Source: a virus (taxonomy: Duplodnaviria; Heunggongvirae; Uroviricota; Caudoviricetes). From it: DNA of 37,853 nt. The notes under the pieces were generated by a model, which was not told the DNA's origin, did not search any database, and saw nothing but the letters and a program-made list of their open reading frames with translations. Below, piece after piece: positions 8,166 to 17,727 of this stretch. The DNA is taken from the IMG/VR virus record IMGVR_UViG_2851971941_000003, one strand, 5' to 3'. The position numbers were made by a program, and so were the translations under genes. Positions within the stretch are counted from its first letter, which is position 1; the number at the start of each line of letters is the position of its first letter.

Positions 8166-9998
8166 CTACCAAAATCGGGTATAGCCAACATCGTGATTTA
8201 TATCAATGCCACTGGAGCGTGTTTCCGTAACCCGCATACCTGATGGCATATTTATAAATGATACCTTGATCTCACCATCAACTTTTGGCGCGGTAGCTTT
8301 ATTAATCATGAAAGGATTCGGGCCTGTGGCACCGGAGGCGTTGTTTGCCTGAGCCGGATCCACCTCCGGATAAGGAGTGTATCCCCGTGGCGGTATTCCC
8401 GTCCCATAAGCATCATAAGCACCCGCGCCCCACTGCGCCGAGTTAATGGCATCGACCGTGTCACCGGAACTGTCGGTAAACCACTCAATAATTGGCTTCA
8501 GCTTATCCCACATATCCTGAAACCACTTAACAACCGGTCCCCAGTTATTGATCACCATCCCCAGCGGCGACCAGGCAAAAACCTTCTTCAGAAGTTCCCA
8601 GCCAGCCTCAAAATAAGGACTAATGGTTTCCCAGAGCTTCTTGAAATAAGGTCCGACAACATCCCAGTTAGTGATAATTAATCCCGCAGCCAGGGCTATC
8701 GCCGTCGCAATCATGCCAATCGGCGTCATCGACATAATCCTGCTGACAATACTGATGGCACCGCCAACGCCCATCAATCCCAGTTTCAGAATCGCAAGAC
8801 CGGCAGCAAGCCCGACGACGCCGCGAATAACCCGGGGATTTTCATCCGCAAACTTCGTGAATTTTTCCCCCAACTCCCCCAGCCATTGCGTGATATTTTT
8901 GGCGTCACCAGAAAATGCGCCGCCAATAGCCGCAAGGCCGTTAGTTGCGGTCCCCGTCATTGCCTCCCACAGGTTGGACAGCGTACCAAGCTGGGCCTGA
9001 ACACGTTTATTCAGGCTGGCCTGTTTATTCATCTTCTGCTGGATCTGATCGTAGCCATCCTTTCCTTTATCGATTAGTGCATTGACCACCTGAAGGGTTT
9101 CGGCATCATCACCAAATATTGCCTTAAGTACACCTGTTCGCTTAACGTCGGTCAGTTTTCGCAGCTTTGCCAGTTGCCTGAACATGTTATCAAGACCGCC
9201 AAAACTCCCTTTGCCGTCAGTAAAATCGAGCTGTACCCCGAGTTTCTGGCGGGCCATGACTTTATTGACGTCCCTGATTTTCTTAACGCTTAATCCGGAC
9301 TGGATAACTTTTCGCAGGGCATTACCTGCCGACTCCCCGTTCATCCCCATCTGATCCATCATGACGCTGATGGGGGCAAGGCTCTGTGCAGCCTGAAGAC
9401 CGTCCTTGTTCACCATCTTCAGAACAGAACTGGTTTTAGTGAAGAAGGACAACATGTTGGTATCGTCAACGCCCAGATAAAACGCCTTCTGGATAGTGTC
9501 GAACAGCCCCATCATGTCTTCTGACGCCGTTCCGGTAGCATCCTGCATCTTTGCAGCAAACTCAGCAGCCGCTTCCGGTGTTTTTTTCAGTTGTACCGCA
9601 AGATAAGCTGTCGCTTTACCCACACCACCCAGGATGTTTTCTGCCGGGATCCCCTGACGCACCAGCATCTGCATCATGTTCTGGAAATCAGCCGTTGTAC
9701 CGGGTAGCTGGTTACCCAGGCCAATAGCCAGTTTATTGATGTCCTGAAAGCTCTTTCCAACCTCGCCGTTCGCATCCATCATGGCGACTTTCAGCCCGGT
9801 GGCGGCGTTTTCCTGATCGGCATAAGATTTCAGGGAAAGCGTCAGACCCGCTGCCAGTCCGCCACCAAGCGCCAGCCCACCCTGTGACGCTTCTTCCGCC
9901 TGGCGTTTAAATCCCCGGATTTTCTTTTGCATTTTCGACAGCGCTGGAGAAAGCCTGTCGACACCGGTGATCAACGCCTTAAGCTCAAATTCAGCCAT
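8166..9998 (-). CDS. Tail tape measure protein
   Basis: 610 aa; glycine/alanine-rich repetitive protein directly after the frameshifted chaperone gene. Confidence 0.85.
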   Translation of the reverse strand: MAEFELKALITGVDRLSPALSKMQKKIRGFKRQAEEASQGGLALGGGLAAGLTLSLKSYADQENAATGLKVAMMDANGEVGKSFQDINKLAIGLGNQLPGTTADFQNMMQMLVRQGIPAENILGGVGKATAYLAVQLKKTPEAAAEFAAKMQDATGTASEDMMGLFDTIQKAFYLGVDDTNMLSFFTKTSSVLKMVNKDGLQAAQSLAPISVMMDQMGMNGESAGNALRKVIQSGLSVKKIRDVNKVMARQKLGVQLDFTDGKGSFGGLDNMFRQLAKLRKLTDVKRTGVLKAIFGDDAETLQVVNALIDKGKDGYDQIQQKMNKQASLNKRVQAQLGTLSNLWEAMTGTATNGLAAIGGAFSGDAKNITQWLGELGEKFTKFADENPRVIRGVVGLAAGLAILKLGLMGVGGAISIVSRIMSMTPIGMIATAIALAAGLIITNWDVVGPYFKKLWETISPYFEAGWELLKKVFAWSPLGMVINNWGPVVKWFQDMWDKLKPIIEWFTDSSGDTVDAINSAQWGAGAYDAYGTGIPPRGYTPYPEVDPAQANNASGATGPNPFMINKATAPKVDGEIKVSFINMPSGMRVTETRSSGIDINHDVGYTRFW

Positions 9999-10409
9999 GT
10001 GTGCGTTTCTCCTGCTCTATCCTGTTTGCCTGACTGACCAGCAAGGGAATTTCACTGATCGGCTTATTCAGCAATTCGAAGGGATTAATGCGCCAGTAAC
10101 TGGCGCAGTCAAAGAAGCGATCAGTGAGGTATTCAGCCGTCAGGCCTGGAGGAAAAAACCAGCCACAAGCCACGCCGCTGCATTCAGGTCTGCCGGAGAC
10201 ATCTGGTCGACAGAGCTTTGCGGCACTTTCGCCAGCCGCACAATGTATTTCGACACCACATGCGCCAGAAGTCTGACGGACTCATCCTGATTCATCTGGT
10301 AAGGATACCCCAGCTCGCGGACATCCTTCCCGGTGGGTTCATCAAACTCCAGTACGGAGAGTGTCTCGCCATGAGCGATAATCGGTTTCTTTAACTCAAG
10401 CTCTTTCAT
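9991..10409 (-). other. Tail assembly chaperone -1 programmed-frameshift fusion product
   Basis: Slippery heptamer T_TTT_TTC at 10152-10158 (minus strand), three codons before the zero-frame stop. The -1 frame stays open to 9991, overlapping the tape measure start. Confidence 0.5.
10140..10409 (-). CDS. Tail assembly chaperone, zero-frame product
   Basis: 89 aa between tail tube and tape measure, the conserved position of the frameshifted chaperone pair (lambda G/GT, P2 E/E'). Confidence 0.6.
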   Translation of the reverse strand: MKELELKKPIIAHGETLSVLEFDEPTGKDVRELGYPYQMNQDESVRLLAHVVSKYIVRLAKVPQSSVDQMSPADLNAAAWLVAGFFLQA

Positions 10410-10765
10410 TACTGGTAATCCCCTTCTTCACCGTGGAACTCAAGATCAACCGTGCCTTCTTCGGCATTATGGTTCGCTTCGCCGTGCAGCCAGGCAGACG
10501 ACAGTACATAGACCTGACCGTTCGCCAGCTCGGCAGTAATGGTCATCTCATCAGACGAGGTGATTTTGCTCACCGGAAAATTCTTCGGCACCTTGAAGGT
10601 CCCTTTGACATAAGGCGCACGGTGAGTTTCCTTGCGGTCCACTGAACCGTCCAGGCCGATGATGTCATCATTGACCGTCCTGTTCATGGGCACCTCAATG
10701 CCGCCGGTCAGCGATAGCTGCTGACCGTCAATTTTGAAATAACAGGTTCCCCCGATACGGGCCAT
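10409..10765 (-). CDS. Tail tube protein
   Basis: 118 aa directly downstream of the sheath gene. Confidence 0.7.
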   Translation of the reverse strand: MARIGGTCYFKIDGQQLSLTGGIEVPMNRTVNDDIIGLDGSVDRKETHRAPYVKGTFKVPKNFPVSKITSSDEMTITAELANGQVYVLSSAWLHGEANHNAEEGTVDLEFHGEEGDYQ

Positions 10766-12261
10766 TATGCGGACTCCTCTGAATACTGAAGACGGAACTG
10801 GTTAACCACGGCAAAGACACGCAGCTGGTTAACATAGTCAGGCGGGAACAGCGTGTTCAGGCGGTCCGGATCGCTGGCATCACGCTCCACAACCAGGTAC
10901 TGCTTAAACAGTTCGTAGTTTTCCACGATCCCCACACGCTCAAGCTGACGGTAGGTTGCCAGCAGTTCCCCTTTGATCACCGCCGGAGTGACAATCGCCT
11001 GACCGGGACCAAAGCGGGTACCGTCACTGGCAAGCTTGTGACGCCCGTACTTACTGGTAATGACGGATTTCAGTTTGCGCAGTACATACGCGCTGGTATG
11101 CAGCGTCTCACTGTCGAGGTAGCTGTTATCCGCAACCCCGTAAGCGTTTTTCCTGTACGTGGTGACATCACGCTGAATGCGCAGTACCCCGCTTTCGACA
11201 TACGCCGTTGCCACGCCATGAGACAGCAGGGTCTGTTGTTCGGTCATCGTGAACCGTTTCCCCTTCGGCGCAGGCAGCATACCCACCAGCTCACCGGTCT
11301 GCGTGGGACGTGCCGGATCGTTGCGGATAAACACCGCTGCGCGGGCGGTACGGCTTGCCGCCAGCTCGTCGGCAGGCGTCTGGGTCTCTTTTTCGTACCC
11401 CGCCAGGGTAATGTGCTGCTGGTTAAACTGGTCACCTGCGGTCACCAGTTCTGACAACGTGCCGATCTTTGCCGTATACACATGACCATACAGCTGACGC
11501 GCATAGCTCCAGCGACCGCTGGTATCGTTCATCTCGGTCACCAGCGTGTTAACGGAGGCCGTGTCGTTGAACGGCAGACCGATATAATCAAACGGCTCAT
11601 CCGCCATTGCAGCCACCGCGCCGGTGAGAACAGGAGCCCCCGTTCCGGCGGTCCCCGCCGCCACGGCAATCTGTACGCCCGCTGGCAGCACTTCGCCCCC
11701 ACCAAAGCCGTAGTAATTGAGGCTGACAGGAATTTCATTCCCGCAAAGCCCCTTATGACGCGCGGTCAATGTAACCACGCCAGCCGAAGATGAGGCCGTA
11801 AACGGCAGGGCCGGAACGGCATTGATGGCATCTTTGATACTGCTGGCAATCGTCGCGACGTTATCGCCGTTGGTCACCGGTGCCTGCACGCGGGTACGTC
11901 CCACATAAACATTCACCGTGCCGGTTTCGGTTGCCGCGCCGGTCACCGTCAGCGTAACTGTTGCCGCCGCGCCCGTGGATTCAGGAACGGCAATCACATA
12001 CAGTTCACCAAACGGGTCGGTCTGGCGATAAGCCTCGACCATACGCGCCAGCTGACTTCCCGCACCACAAATCTGGCGTGCATAGTCTGCCGATGGCATC
12101 AGCACCAGACTGTTGGCAACAATCTCTGCACCGTTATTGGCATGACCAATCAGCAGCGATGCCCCGCTGTCCTGTGCAGTATTCGCCGCCTGGTTATCCA
12201 TTTCCGCATAAAACAGCGGAACCAGCGTATTCGACGGAATGGTGTTAAAGCTTATCGTCAT
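10765..12261 (-). CDS. Contractile tail sheath protein
   Basis: 498 aa; size and position typical of myovirus sheath. Confidence 0.85.
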   Translation of the reverse strand: MTISFNTIPSNTLVPLFYAEMDNQAANTAQDSGASLLIGHANNGAEIVANSLVLMPSADYARQICGAGSQLARMVEAYRQTDPFGELYVIAVPESTGAAATVTLTVTGAATETGTVNVYVGRTRVQAPVTNGDNVATIASSIKDAINAVPALPFTASSSAGVVTLTARHKGLCGNEIPVSLNYYGFGGGEVLPAGVQIAVAAGTAGTGAPVLTGAVAAMADEPFDYIGLPFNDTASVNTLVTEMNDTSGRWSYARQLYGHVYTAKIGTLSELVTAGDQFNQQHITLAGYEKETQTPADELAASRTARAAVFIRNDPARPTQTGELVGMLPAPKGKRFTMTEQQTLLSHGVATAYVESGVLRIQRDVTTYRKNAYGVADNSYLDSETLHTSAYVLRKLKSVITSKYGRHKLASDGTRFGPGQAIVTPAVIKGELLATYRQLERVGIVENYELFKQYLVVERDASDPDRLNTLFPPDYVNQLRVFAVVNQFRLQYSEESA

Positions 12262-12415
12262 CGGTGTTCACCTTTTTATTCACGCGCCGGATATCACCCG
12301 CTGCTTCACGGCGCAGCCAGTAGTTGTTCTCATCAACATTTCGCCCCTCGGCGGGCAAAAGGTCGCCGCGGGCAGGGTCAGGCACTGACCGCCCTTTAAC
12401 AGCTTTCACAAACAT
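12245..12415 (-). CDS. Small hypothetical protein (56 aa), not in the ORF track
   Basis: ATG-initiated minus-strand ORF (MFVKAVKGRSVPDP...) that exactly fills the gap between neighbouring genes and overlaps the sheath start. Confidence 0.3.
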   Translation of the reverse strand: MFVKAVKGRSVPDPARGDLLPAEGRNVDENNYWLRREAAGDIRRVNKKVNTDDDKL

Positions 12416-12423
12416 GAGGATCC

Positions 12424-12984
12424 TCAGGAAGGAAGGGTTATTTCGGTGTGATGTTCGATATCGCCGTCAGGCCCGTTACCGGGCTCGAGATAATCAACAT
12501 CAATCGCCAGCGTTTGCAGTTCATCCAGACTGTTCAGATCATCCTGCTGGCGGGTATCGTCTTCAGTCAGCTCTCTGATGACCGAAAAATCGAACTGATA
12601 AATCAGCTCATGACGATTCATATCCAGCAGCGTGCCGCCGTCATAGGTAATCGGGTTACCGCACGCCTCCGGGTTCCAGCCCAGCAGAGCCTTAAAGAGC
12701 ATCTGCCGGACATCGTCCACCACATCATACGAGGCAAACTGACCGCGCTCATCACGCCCGTTACTCAGTATGACAACCACGGAGAAACCCTCTTTCAGCT
12801 CCTGCCAGTAGTCGGTCTGGCTTTTATTTTCTCCCGGAGAATCATCACCCGGTACCACATACGCCGCCGGGAGTCTCAGCTTTCCGACCTCCGGCAGATT
12901 TTTGAACTGTGCCGCGCCTGCCACCCGGTTTTCAAAATACGGGCAGCGGGCACGCAGCGCAGCAATAACAGGCGTCAGTTTCAT
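12424..12984 (-). CDS. Tail/neck protein, Mu gp37-like
   Basis: 186 aa; position upstream of the sheath; family assignment tentative. Confidence 0.5.
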   Translation of the reverse strand: MKLTPVIAALRARCPYFENRVAGAAQFKNLPEVGKLRLPAAYVVPGDDSPGENKSQTDYWQELKEGFSVVVILSNGRDERGQFASYDVVDDVRQMLFKALLGWNPEACGNPITYDGGTLLDMNRHELIYQFDFSVIRELTEDDTRQQDDLNSLDELQTLAIDVDYLEPGNGPDGDIEHHTEITLPS

Positions 12985-13487
12985 CTGTGTCGTCGCTCCG
13001 GCTTCAGTGATTTACGTAATTCCCGCGCCAGAAAATAGCGTGTCCAGCTGCGGTTCTTTTCAAGCGTTTCCACCATAAAGTTATTACGTGGAGCCAGCCG
13101 CCAGCCGCTGCCACCGGATGCACCACGATGATGGCTGCGACGACGCTTTGCCCCTCCCCGGACACCAAAAAACAGAAACGCCGGATAGAAGTCACCAGAG
13201 ATCATCCGGTTCCCCTTCCCGTTGCGCTGGTTAGGGGCAATGCGTGTCATAAAACCGGCTCGCTTTTTACTGGCTCTCGGCACCATGTAACCAATCGAAC
13301 GAGCCAGGCGTCCGGTCTGATAACCGGGGTTTTCACCCGGTGCCGACCGCGCACGGCGCATCACCAGCCGACGGGCATCACGCATATGACGCTGACCAAT
13401 CGTGACAAACGCCCGCCGGACACGGGCGCGGTTAAAGCGCATCTCCGCGGGCTGCTGAAAATCAACGTGCAAAAAGGAAGTCGCCAT
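12981..13487 (-). CDS. Arg-rich virion morphogenesis / neck protein
   Basis: 168 aa, highly basic; between head-tail adaptor and tail genes. Confidence 0.5.
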   Translation of the reverse strand: MATSFLHVDFQQPAEMRFNRARVRRAFVTIGQRHMRDARRLVMRRARSAPGENPGYQTGRLARSIGYMVPRASKKRAGFMTRIAPNQRNGKGNRMISGDFYPAFLFFGVRGGAKRRRSHHRGASGGSGWRLAPRNNFMVETLEKNRSWTRYFLARELRKSLKPERRHR

Positions 13488-13872
13488 TGTTGCCTCCGTG
13501 ACTCTGCGTAAATTCGCCCAGCTCCGTACACTCCAGCAGCAGAAAGCGCCGCGCTCCGTTCAGATCACGCTGACGTTTCACGCGGTACACACTGTCACCA
13601 CAGACCACCTCATAATCAGCGGTGATCCCCCGGCGGTAACGAATGGTGATGTAATGGGTGATGGCGTCCCCGGTCTGCGCGGTTTCCTGCCAGGTGGTGG
13701 CACTGGTCTGGATAACCTTCGCCCATGTCCGGAACGTAACCGGGTATTGAGGCTCCACGCCAAAGTTATCCGCGGGCATATCCACCCGCAGGCGGATCAG
13801 GACGCGTTTATTCAGTTCACCGGGGTCCGGCAGAATGTAGGTTGCGCTGGTCTGCGCCTGACGAATTTTCAT
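13462..13872 (-). CDS. Head-tail adaptor / head closure protein
   Basis: 136 aa; position after the gp6-like connector. Confidence 0.55.
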   Translation of the reverse strand: MKIRQAQTSATYILPDPGELNKRVLIRLRVDMPADNFGVEPQYPVTFRTWAKVIQTSATTWQETAQTGDAITHYITIRYRRGITADYEVVCGDSVYRVKRQRDLNGARRFLLLECTELGEFTQSHGGNNGDFLFAR

Positions 13873-14192
13873 TGCGGAAAGTACCTGTACGGGCCGACAA
13901 GCCAGCCAAAACTCTGCGGCATGTCGAGTTTCTCCACTTCCGTAACCGACGAGCGGTTTTCGTAAAAATGGCTGATAAGCATCAGCATCCCCAGACGAAT
14001 ATCATCCGGCAGGTGCAGCCCGTCCGGATCGCTGTCCGGAATGGTTTCATCCGGTGCATAGAGCTTCCGGTTCAGATACGTTTCCGTCCGCTTTTGTGCC
14101 GCACAGGCCAGCAGTTGCAGATGGCGGTCATCAGCATCGAAATCCTCATCCAGCCGGAGTTGGGCTTTAATCTCTTCCATTGTCAGAAGCAT
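13869..14192 (-). CDS. Head-tail connector protein (HK97 gp6-like)
   Basis: 107 aa; position downstream of the capsid gene. Confidence 0.6.
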   Translation of the reverse strand: MLLTMEEIKAQLRLDEDFDADDRHLQLLACAAQKRTETYLNRKLYAPDETIPDSDPDGLHLPDDIRLGMLMLISHFYENRSSVTEVEKLDMPQSFGWLVGPYRYFPQ

Positions 14193-14194
14193 AC

Positions 14195-14395
14195 TCAGCC
14201 CTCTTTACTGGTCGTGGCTTTTTTCTCTTTTGCCGCTTTACTGCTTTTTGCACTGATTCCGCGCTCTGCTAACCCGGCCTGAAGTGCAATCTCCTGCACC
14301 CGGGCAGGAAGCGCCCCGTCGTCATACTCACCGGCCCGAATGACCTCAACACGCATACCGTCCGGTGACCATTTCAGATCTTGTTTCAGGATCAT
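14195..14395 (-). CDS. Small hypothetical head-module protein
   Basis: 66 aa ORF filling the gap between capsid and connector genes. Confidence 0.35.
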   Translation of the reverse strand: MILKQDLKWSPDGMRVEVIRAGEYDDGALPARVQEIALQAGLAERGISAKSSKAAKEKKATTSKEG

Positions 14396-14444
14396 GATTC
14401 TTCACCCGTCAGAACAGGGGGCGCGGTTCCGCGCCCCTGAGTGA

Positions 14445-15650
14445 TTACGCCGCTGCAATCTTCAGCAGTTTGATGGCCTGCGAATCGACCAGCATCCCGC
14501 CGGTGCGCTTGGTGGTATAAAAACCGACAAACGGTTTATTGGTGTACGGGTCACGCAGAATGCGGGTGCCGATACGGTCAACGATGGTGTAACCCCGTTT
14601 GAAGTTACCAAATGCAATGGCTTTCGCATCAGCGGCGATATCCGGCATCTGTTCGTTTTCAGCGATACCGTAACCCGCCAGAGAGGACGGCTGCCCCAGT
14701 TCCAGCCCCGGACGCCACAGATAGTTACCCTCGGTGTCTTTCAGCAAACGGATGGCAAACAGGCTGTTGTTGTTCATCATGAACTTCGCGCCGGTGCGGT
14801 GTGCCTTTCGCAGCGTGTAAATCAGTTTGATAATGGCGTCTGCGGTCACCCCCGTCGCTTCGCCGGATACAATATGCTGAAGTTTGCCGAACGCCCGGAC
14901 CTTATCGGTTTCATCGGTGGATTCATACGCCAGGAACCCTTTCGGCTTCTTGGTACCATCGCCGGTGGTAAAGGCAATTTCTTCCTGTTCGGCAAATTCG
15001 GTTGCCAGCTCGCTGTTGATCCAGGTCTCCACGTTGAAGAAGGCATCATCCAGCATTTTCTGGGTAGCCTGCGGGTTGCCGTAGATTTCCCCCATGAAAG
15101 GTTCAATCAGTCCCAGTTTTGAGGTGGCGGTCTGGGAGCGTGCATCAGTCTCGCCAACCCATCCGGAAGCCGTGCCGCCCAGATTCACCAGTTTTTTGTA
15201 GTCGGAACCGCCAACAGTGATTACCGTGGCTTCCTGGCGCATCACCACTTCATCTTTCAGCAGGGTGAGAATGTTGCGATCCAGTGCTTCCGGCACGGCA
15301 TAGCCACCGTCTTCATCGGTGCCCACCTGCAATGCCTTGCGCTCCAGATCGCGCAGACCTTCTTCACGGCCTTTACGCAGGAAGCCCACAAACGCCTCTT
15401 TGTGCTCTGTGGCCAGTTTATTTTGCGCACCACCTGCCGGACGTTTCAGCTCAAGCAGCTCTTTTTCAAGGTCGCTTTTGAGATTTTCCAGCTCGCTGAG
15501 TTTCCCGTTCAGGGTTTCCACCTGTCCGGCAAGTTTGCCTTTTTCCTGCTCAATCGCATCCACGCGCTTGTCGTTCTTTGCCTTGAAGTCGTCAAACTTC
15601 TGCTGCAGCTCCTGCGCGACCTGTTCCACATCTTTAATATCAACCGCCAT
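14445..15650 (-). CDS. Major capsid protein (HK97 family)
   Basis: 401 aa; coiled-coil-like N-terminal delta region followed by a capsid-like domain; follows the prohead protease. Confidence 0.85.
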   Translation of the reverse strand: MAVDIKDVEQVAQELQQKFDDFKAKNDKRVDAIEQEKGKLAGQVETLNGKLSELENLKSDLEKELLELKRPAGGAQNKLATEHKEAFVGFLRKGREEGLRDLERKALQVGTDEDGGYAVPEALDRNILTLLKDEVVMRQEATVITVGGSDYKKLVNLGGTASGWVGETDARSQTATSKLGLIEPFMGEIYGNPQATQKMLDDAFFNVETWINSELATEFAEQEEIAFTTGDGTKKPKGFLAYESTDETDKVRAFGKLQHIVSGEATGVTADAIIKLIYTLRKAHRTGAKFMMNNNSLFAIRLLKDTEGNYLWRPGLELGQPSSLAGYGIAENEQMPDIAADAKAIAFGNFKRGYTIVDRIGTRILRDPYTNKPFVGFYTTKRTGGMLVDSQAIKLLKIAAA

Positions 15651-15664
15651 CGTATTCCTCCTGA

Positions 15665-16351
15665 TTAGAAGTTCAGATTTTTCAGTGCATTCAGTGCAGA
15701 GCCCACATCCTCAGCGTCGCGCAGGGACAGTGCGCCATAGCCCCCGGCCATGAATGCTTTGGCCTGGGTACGGGAGAGTCCGACATCACGCAGGACTCTT
15801 TCGATTTTTTTCTGTTCGGGGATTTCCCCGCGGGCCAGTGCGTTCTTGACGTCGCTGATCCGCGCCTCGTCGTTAGACGGGAACGTCACCAGACTGACTT
15901 CCCAGAGGTCGATTTCTTTCAGCAGAAAGGCTTCTTTGCTCCGGTCGTATTCCCAGTCTTTCAGGACGTACCCAATAGAAAGGCCGGTTAACGAACCGGC
16001 CTTCATGTGTGCATGTGCGCGTTTTGCCAAGGGATCATCATCAATGAGCAACCGCCCCCTGACGTAAAGCCCGACATCGTCTTCCTTCATTTCGGTGTAA
16101 ACACCGATGGGCTCATCCATGCGGTGCTGCCAGAGCAGCGCAGGTAACGCTTTTCTGTCACTCCACGCCCGCAGGGAAGCGGCAAATGCCCCTGACATCA
16201 CCACATCATCGTGGCTGTCCTTTACACCAAAGACGGAGCCATACCCTTCAAACTCACCGGAGTCACTGACAGATTTCAGACTCAGCGGTACATCAAGACG
16301 TTGTTTCGTCTGCATTGGCGTTATCCTTCTGCTTACCGGCTTTACTGCCAT
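15665..16351 (-). CDS. Prohead protease (HK97 family)
   Basis: 228 aa between portal and capsid genes. Confidence 0.8.
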   Translation of the reverse strand: MAVKPVSRRITPMQTKQRLDVPLSLKSVSDSGEFEGYGSVFGVKDSHDDVVMSGAFAASLRAWSDRKALPALLWQHRMDEPIGVYTEMKEDDVGLYVRGRLLIDDDPLAKRAHAHMKAGSLTGLSIGYVLKDWEYDRSKEAFLLKEIDLWEVSLVTFPSNDEARISDVKNALARGEIPEQKKIERVLRDVGLSRTQAKAFMAGGYGALSLRDAEDVGSALNALKNLNF

Positions 16352-17534
16352 CGGAGGGTTTCGTGGTCATGTTCATCGGTGTGAGATAGACATCACCACC
16401 GGGACGCGGATTCATATCTTCCAGGTCGCGGCAGTCATTGGGAGAGTAAATTCCCCAATTGATCCCGGTAGCGTAGGCTTCAAAACGGGACTTCATATCC
16501 CCGCGCAGTAAGGCCCCGGCGTTAAATTTGGCGTAATAAACGCCCTGCTTACTTTTTCGTACCAGTCCGGTGTTGATCCGCTGCTCAATGCGGGTCAGAT
16601 ACGGCACCAGTGAATAGTTGATAAATCCCAGCCCCAGCTCTTCGATATTGTTGAAGGTGGCGCGATCGGTGTTCTGCACCATGTGCAATGGCACCCGGAA
16701 CAGACGACAGATTTCTTCAAGCTGAAACTTGCGGGTTTCCAGGAACTGGCTGTCCTCGGCGTTCAGCGCCATCGACTTCCAGTCCAGCCCCATCTCAAGG
16801 ATCATCGGGCGGTGAGCATTGCCAAGCCCGGTGTGACGCTCCTCAAAATCTTTCTTCAGGCGCTCGTAAGCCTGATCTGACAGCGTCTGCTCTGTACGCA
16901 ACACACCCGACGTCACCGCACCATTGCTGAACAGTCTGGCCCCGTGCTCTTCGGTCGCTGCCGCCAGCGATATTGCCTCGCGGGCATAGGCGATGGGATT
17001 CAGCCCCACCAGTCCGTCCAGCGTCAGCGTGCGCACATGCCAGATATCTTCCTGGCTCAGCACATCCGTGGAGCCGTCCGGGAATGTGACCTGATAGACC
17101 GGCTCCCAGCTACTGTTAAGCTTCGGTACCACACAGCCGGGATCGACGGGTAGCAGTTCAGCCACTTCGCCAAATGCTTTCACTTTGTAGGCGTAAAAGT
17201 TTCCCCGCAGGCACAGACAGGTGACCACCAGCTCCCAAAACTCCTGCGGCGTCATATAGCCATTGGGATGCGTGGAAATCAGCTTATGCAGACGTTCGCC
17301 GGTGGCTCTCTGTTTCAGGTTGCCGTTCAGGTGATACAGGTTGCAGGGCAACATCCCGACCGACTCTGCCAGCACCCTGACGCAGGAAAAAACCGCCGTC
17401 AGTCGCATGGCCCGCTGACTGCTGATCTGCTTTCCGGTATAGGTGTCGTAGGACAACCCGATGGCATCCGCCAGCTCTGCTGGCGTGGTCACCGGTGCGT
17501 CACTTTTTCGTTGAAATAATCCCGAAAAGAACAC
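16293..17534 (-). CDS. Portal protein
   Basis: 413 aa directly downstream of the large terminase. Confidence 0.85.
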   Translation of the reverse strand: MFFSGLFQRKSDAPVTTPAELADAIGLSYDTYTGKQISSQRAMRLTAVFSCVRVLAESVGMLPCNLYHLNGNLKQRATGERLHKLISTHPNGYMTPQEFWELVVTCLCLRGNFYAYKVKAFGEVAELLPVDPGCVVPKLNSSWEPVYQVTFPDGSTDVLSQEDIWHVRTLTLDGLVGLNPIAYAREAISLAAATEEHGARLFSNGAVTSGVLRTEQTLSDQAYERLKKDFEERHTGLGNAHRPMILEMGLDWKSMALNAEDSQFLETRKFQLEEICRLFRVPLHMVQNTDRATFNNIEELGLGFINYSLVPYLTRIEQRINTGLVRKSKQGVYYAKFNAGALLRGDMKSRFEAYATGINWGIYSPNDCRDLEDMNPRPGGDVYLTPMNMTTKPSDGSKAGKQKDNANADETTS

Positions 17535-17716
17535 TATTTACCTCCGCCGACAGACGGCTGTGTACGGTCGAGATATCGCGCCACCAGCCACGACCAGAAC
17601 AGGCACAACGCCCCGGCAACAACAAACCCCGCCGGGGGATAAATCAGCCAGGCACCATACGCCAGCAAAAGCGCCCCCAGCACGCCCACCAGAGGCGCGA
17701 GAATCAGCATGATCAT
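17534..17716 (-). CDS. Small hydrophobic protein (60 aa) between terminase and portal
   Basis: Two predicted hydrophobic helices; fits the gap exactly. Confidence 0.35.
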   Translation of the reverse strand: MIMLILAPLVGVLGALLLAYGAWLIYPPAGFVVAGALCLFWSWLVARYLDRTQPSVGGGK

Positions 17717-17727
17717 AATTACCTCAG

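Noticed and set aside
11038-11454. Antisense ORFs inside structural genes (this one and others such as 2105-2691, 6305-6858, 12448-13038, 15319-15753)
   Set aside because: They lie opposite well-supported phage genes in GC-rich DNA where long spurious frames are common; no start signals or protein-like composition.
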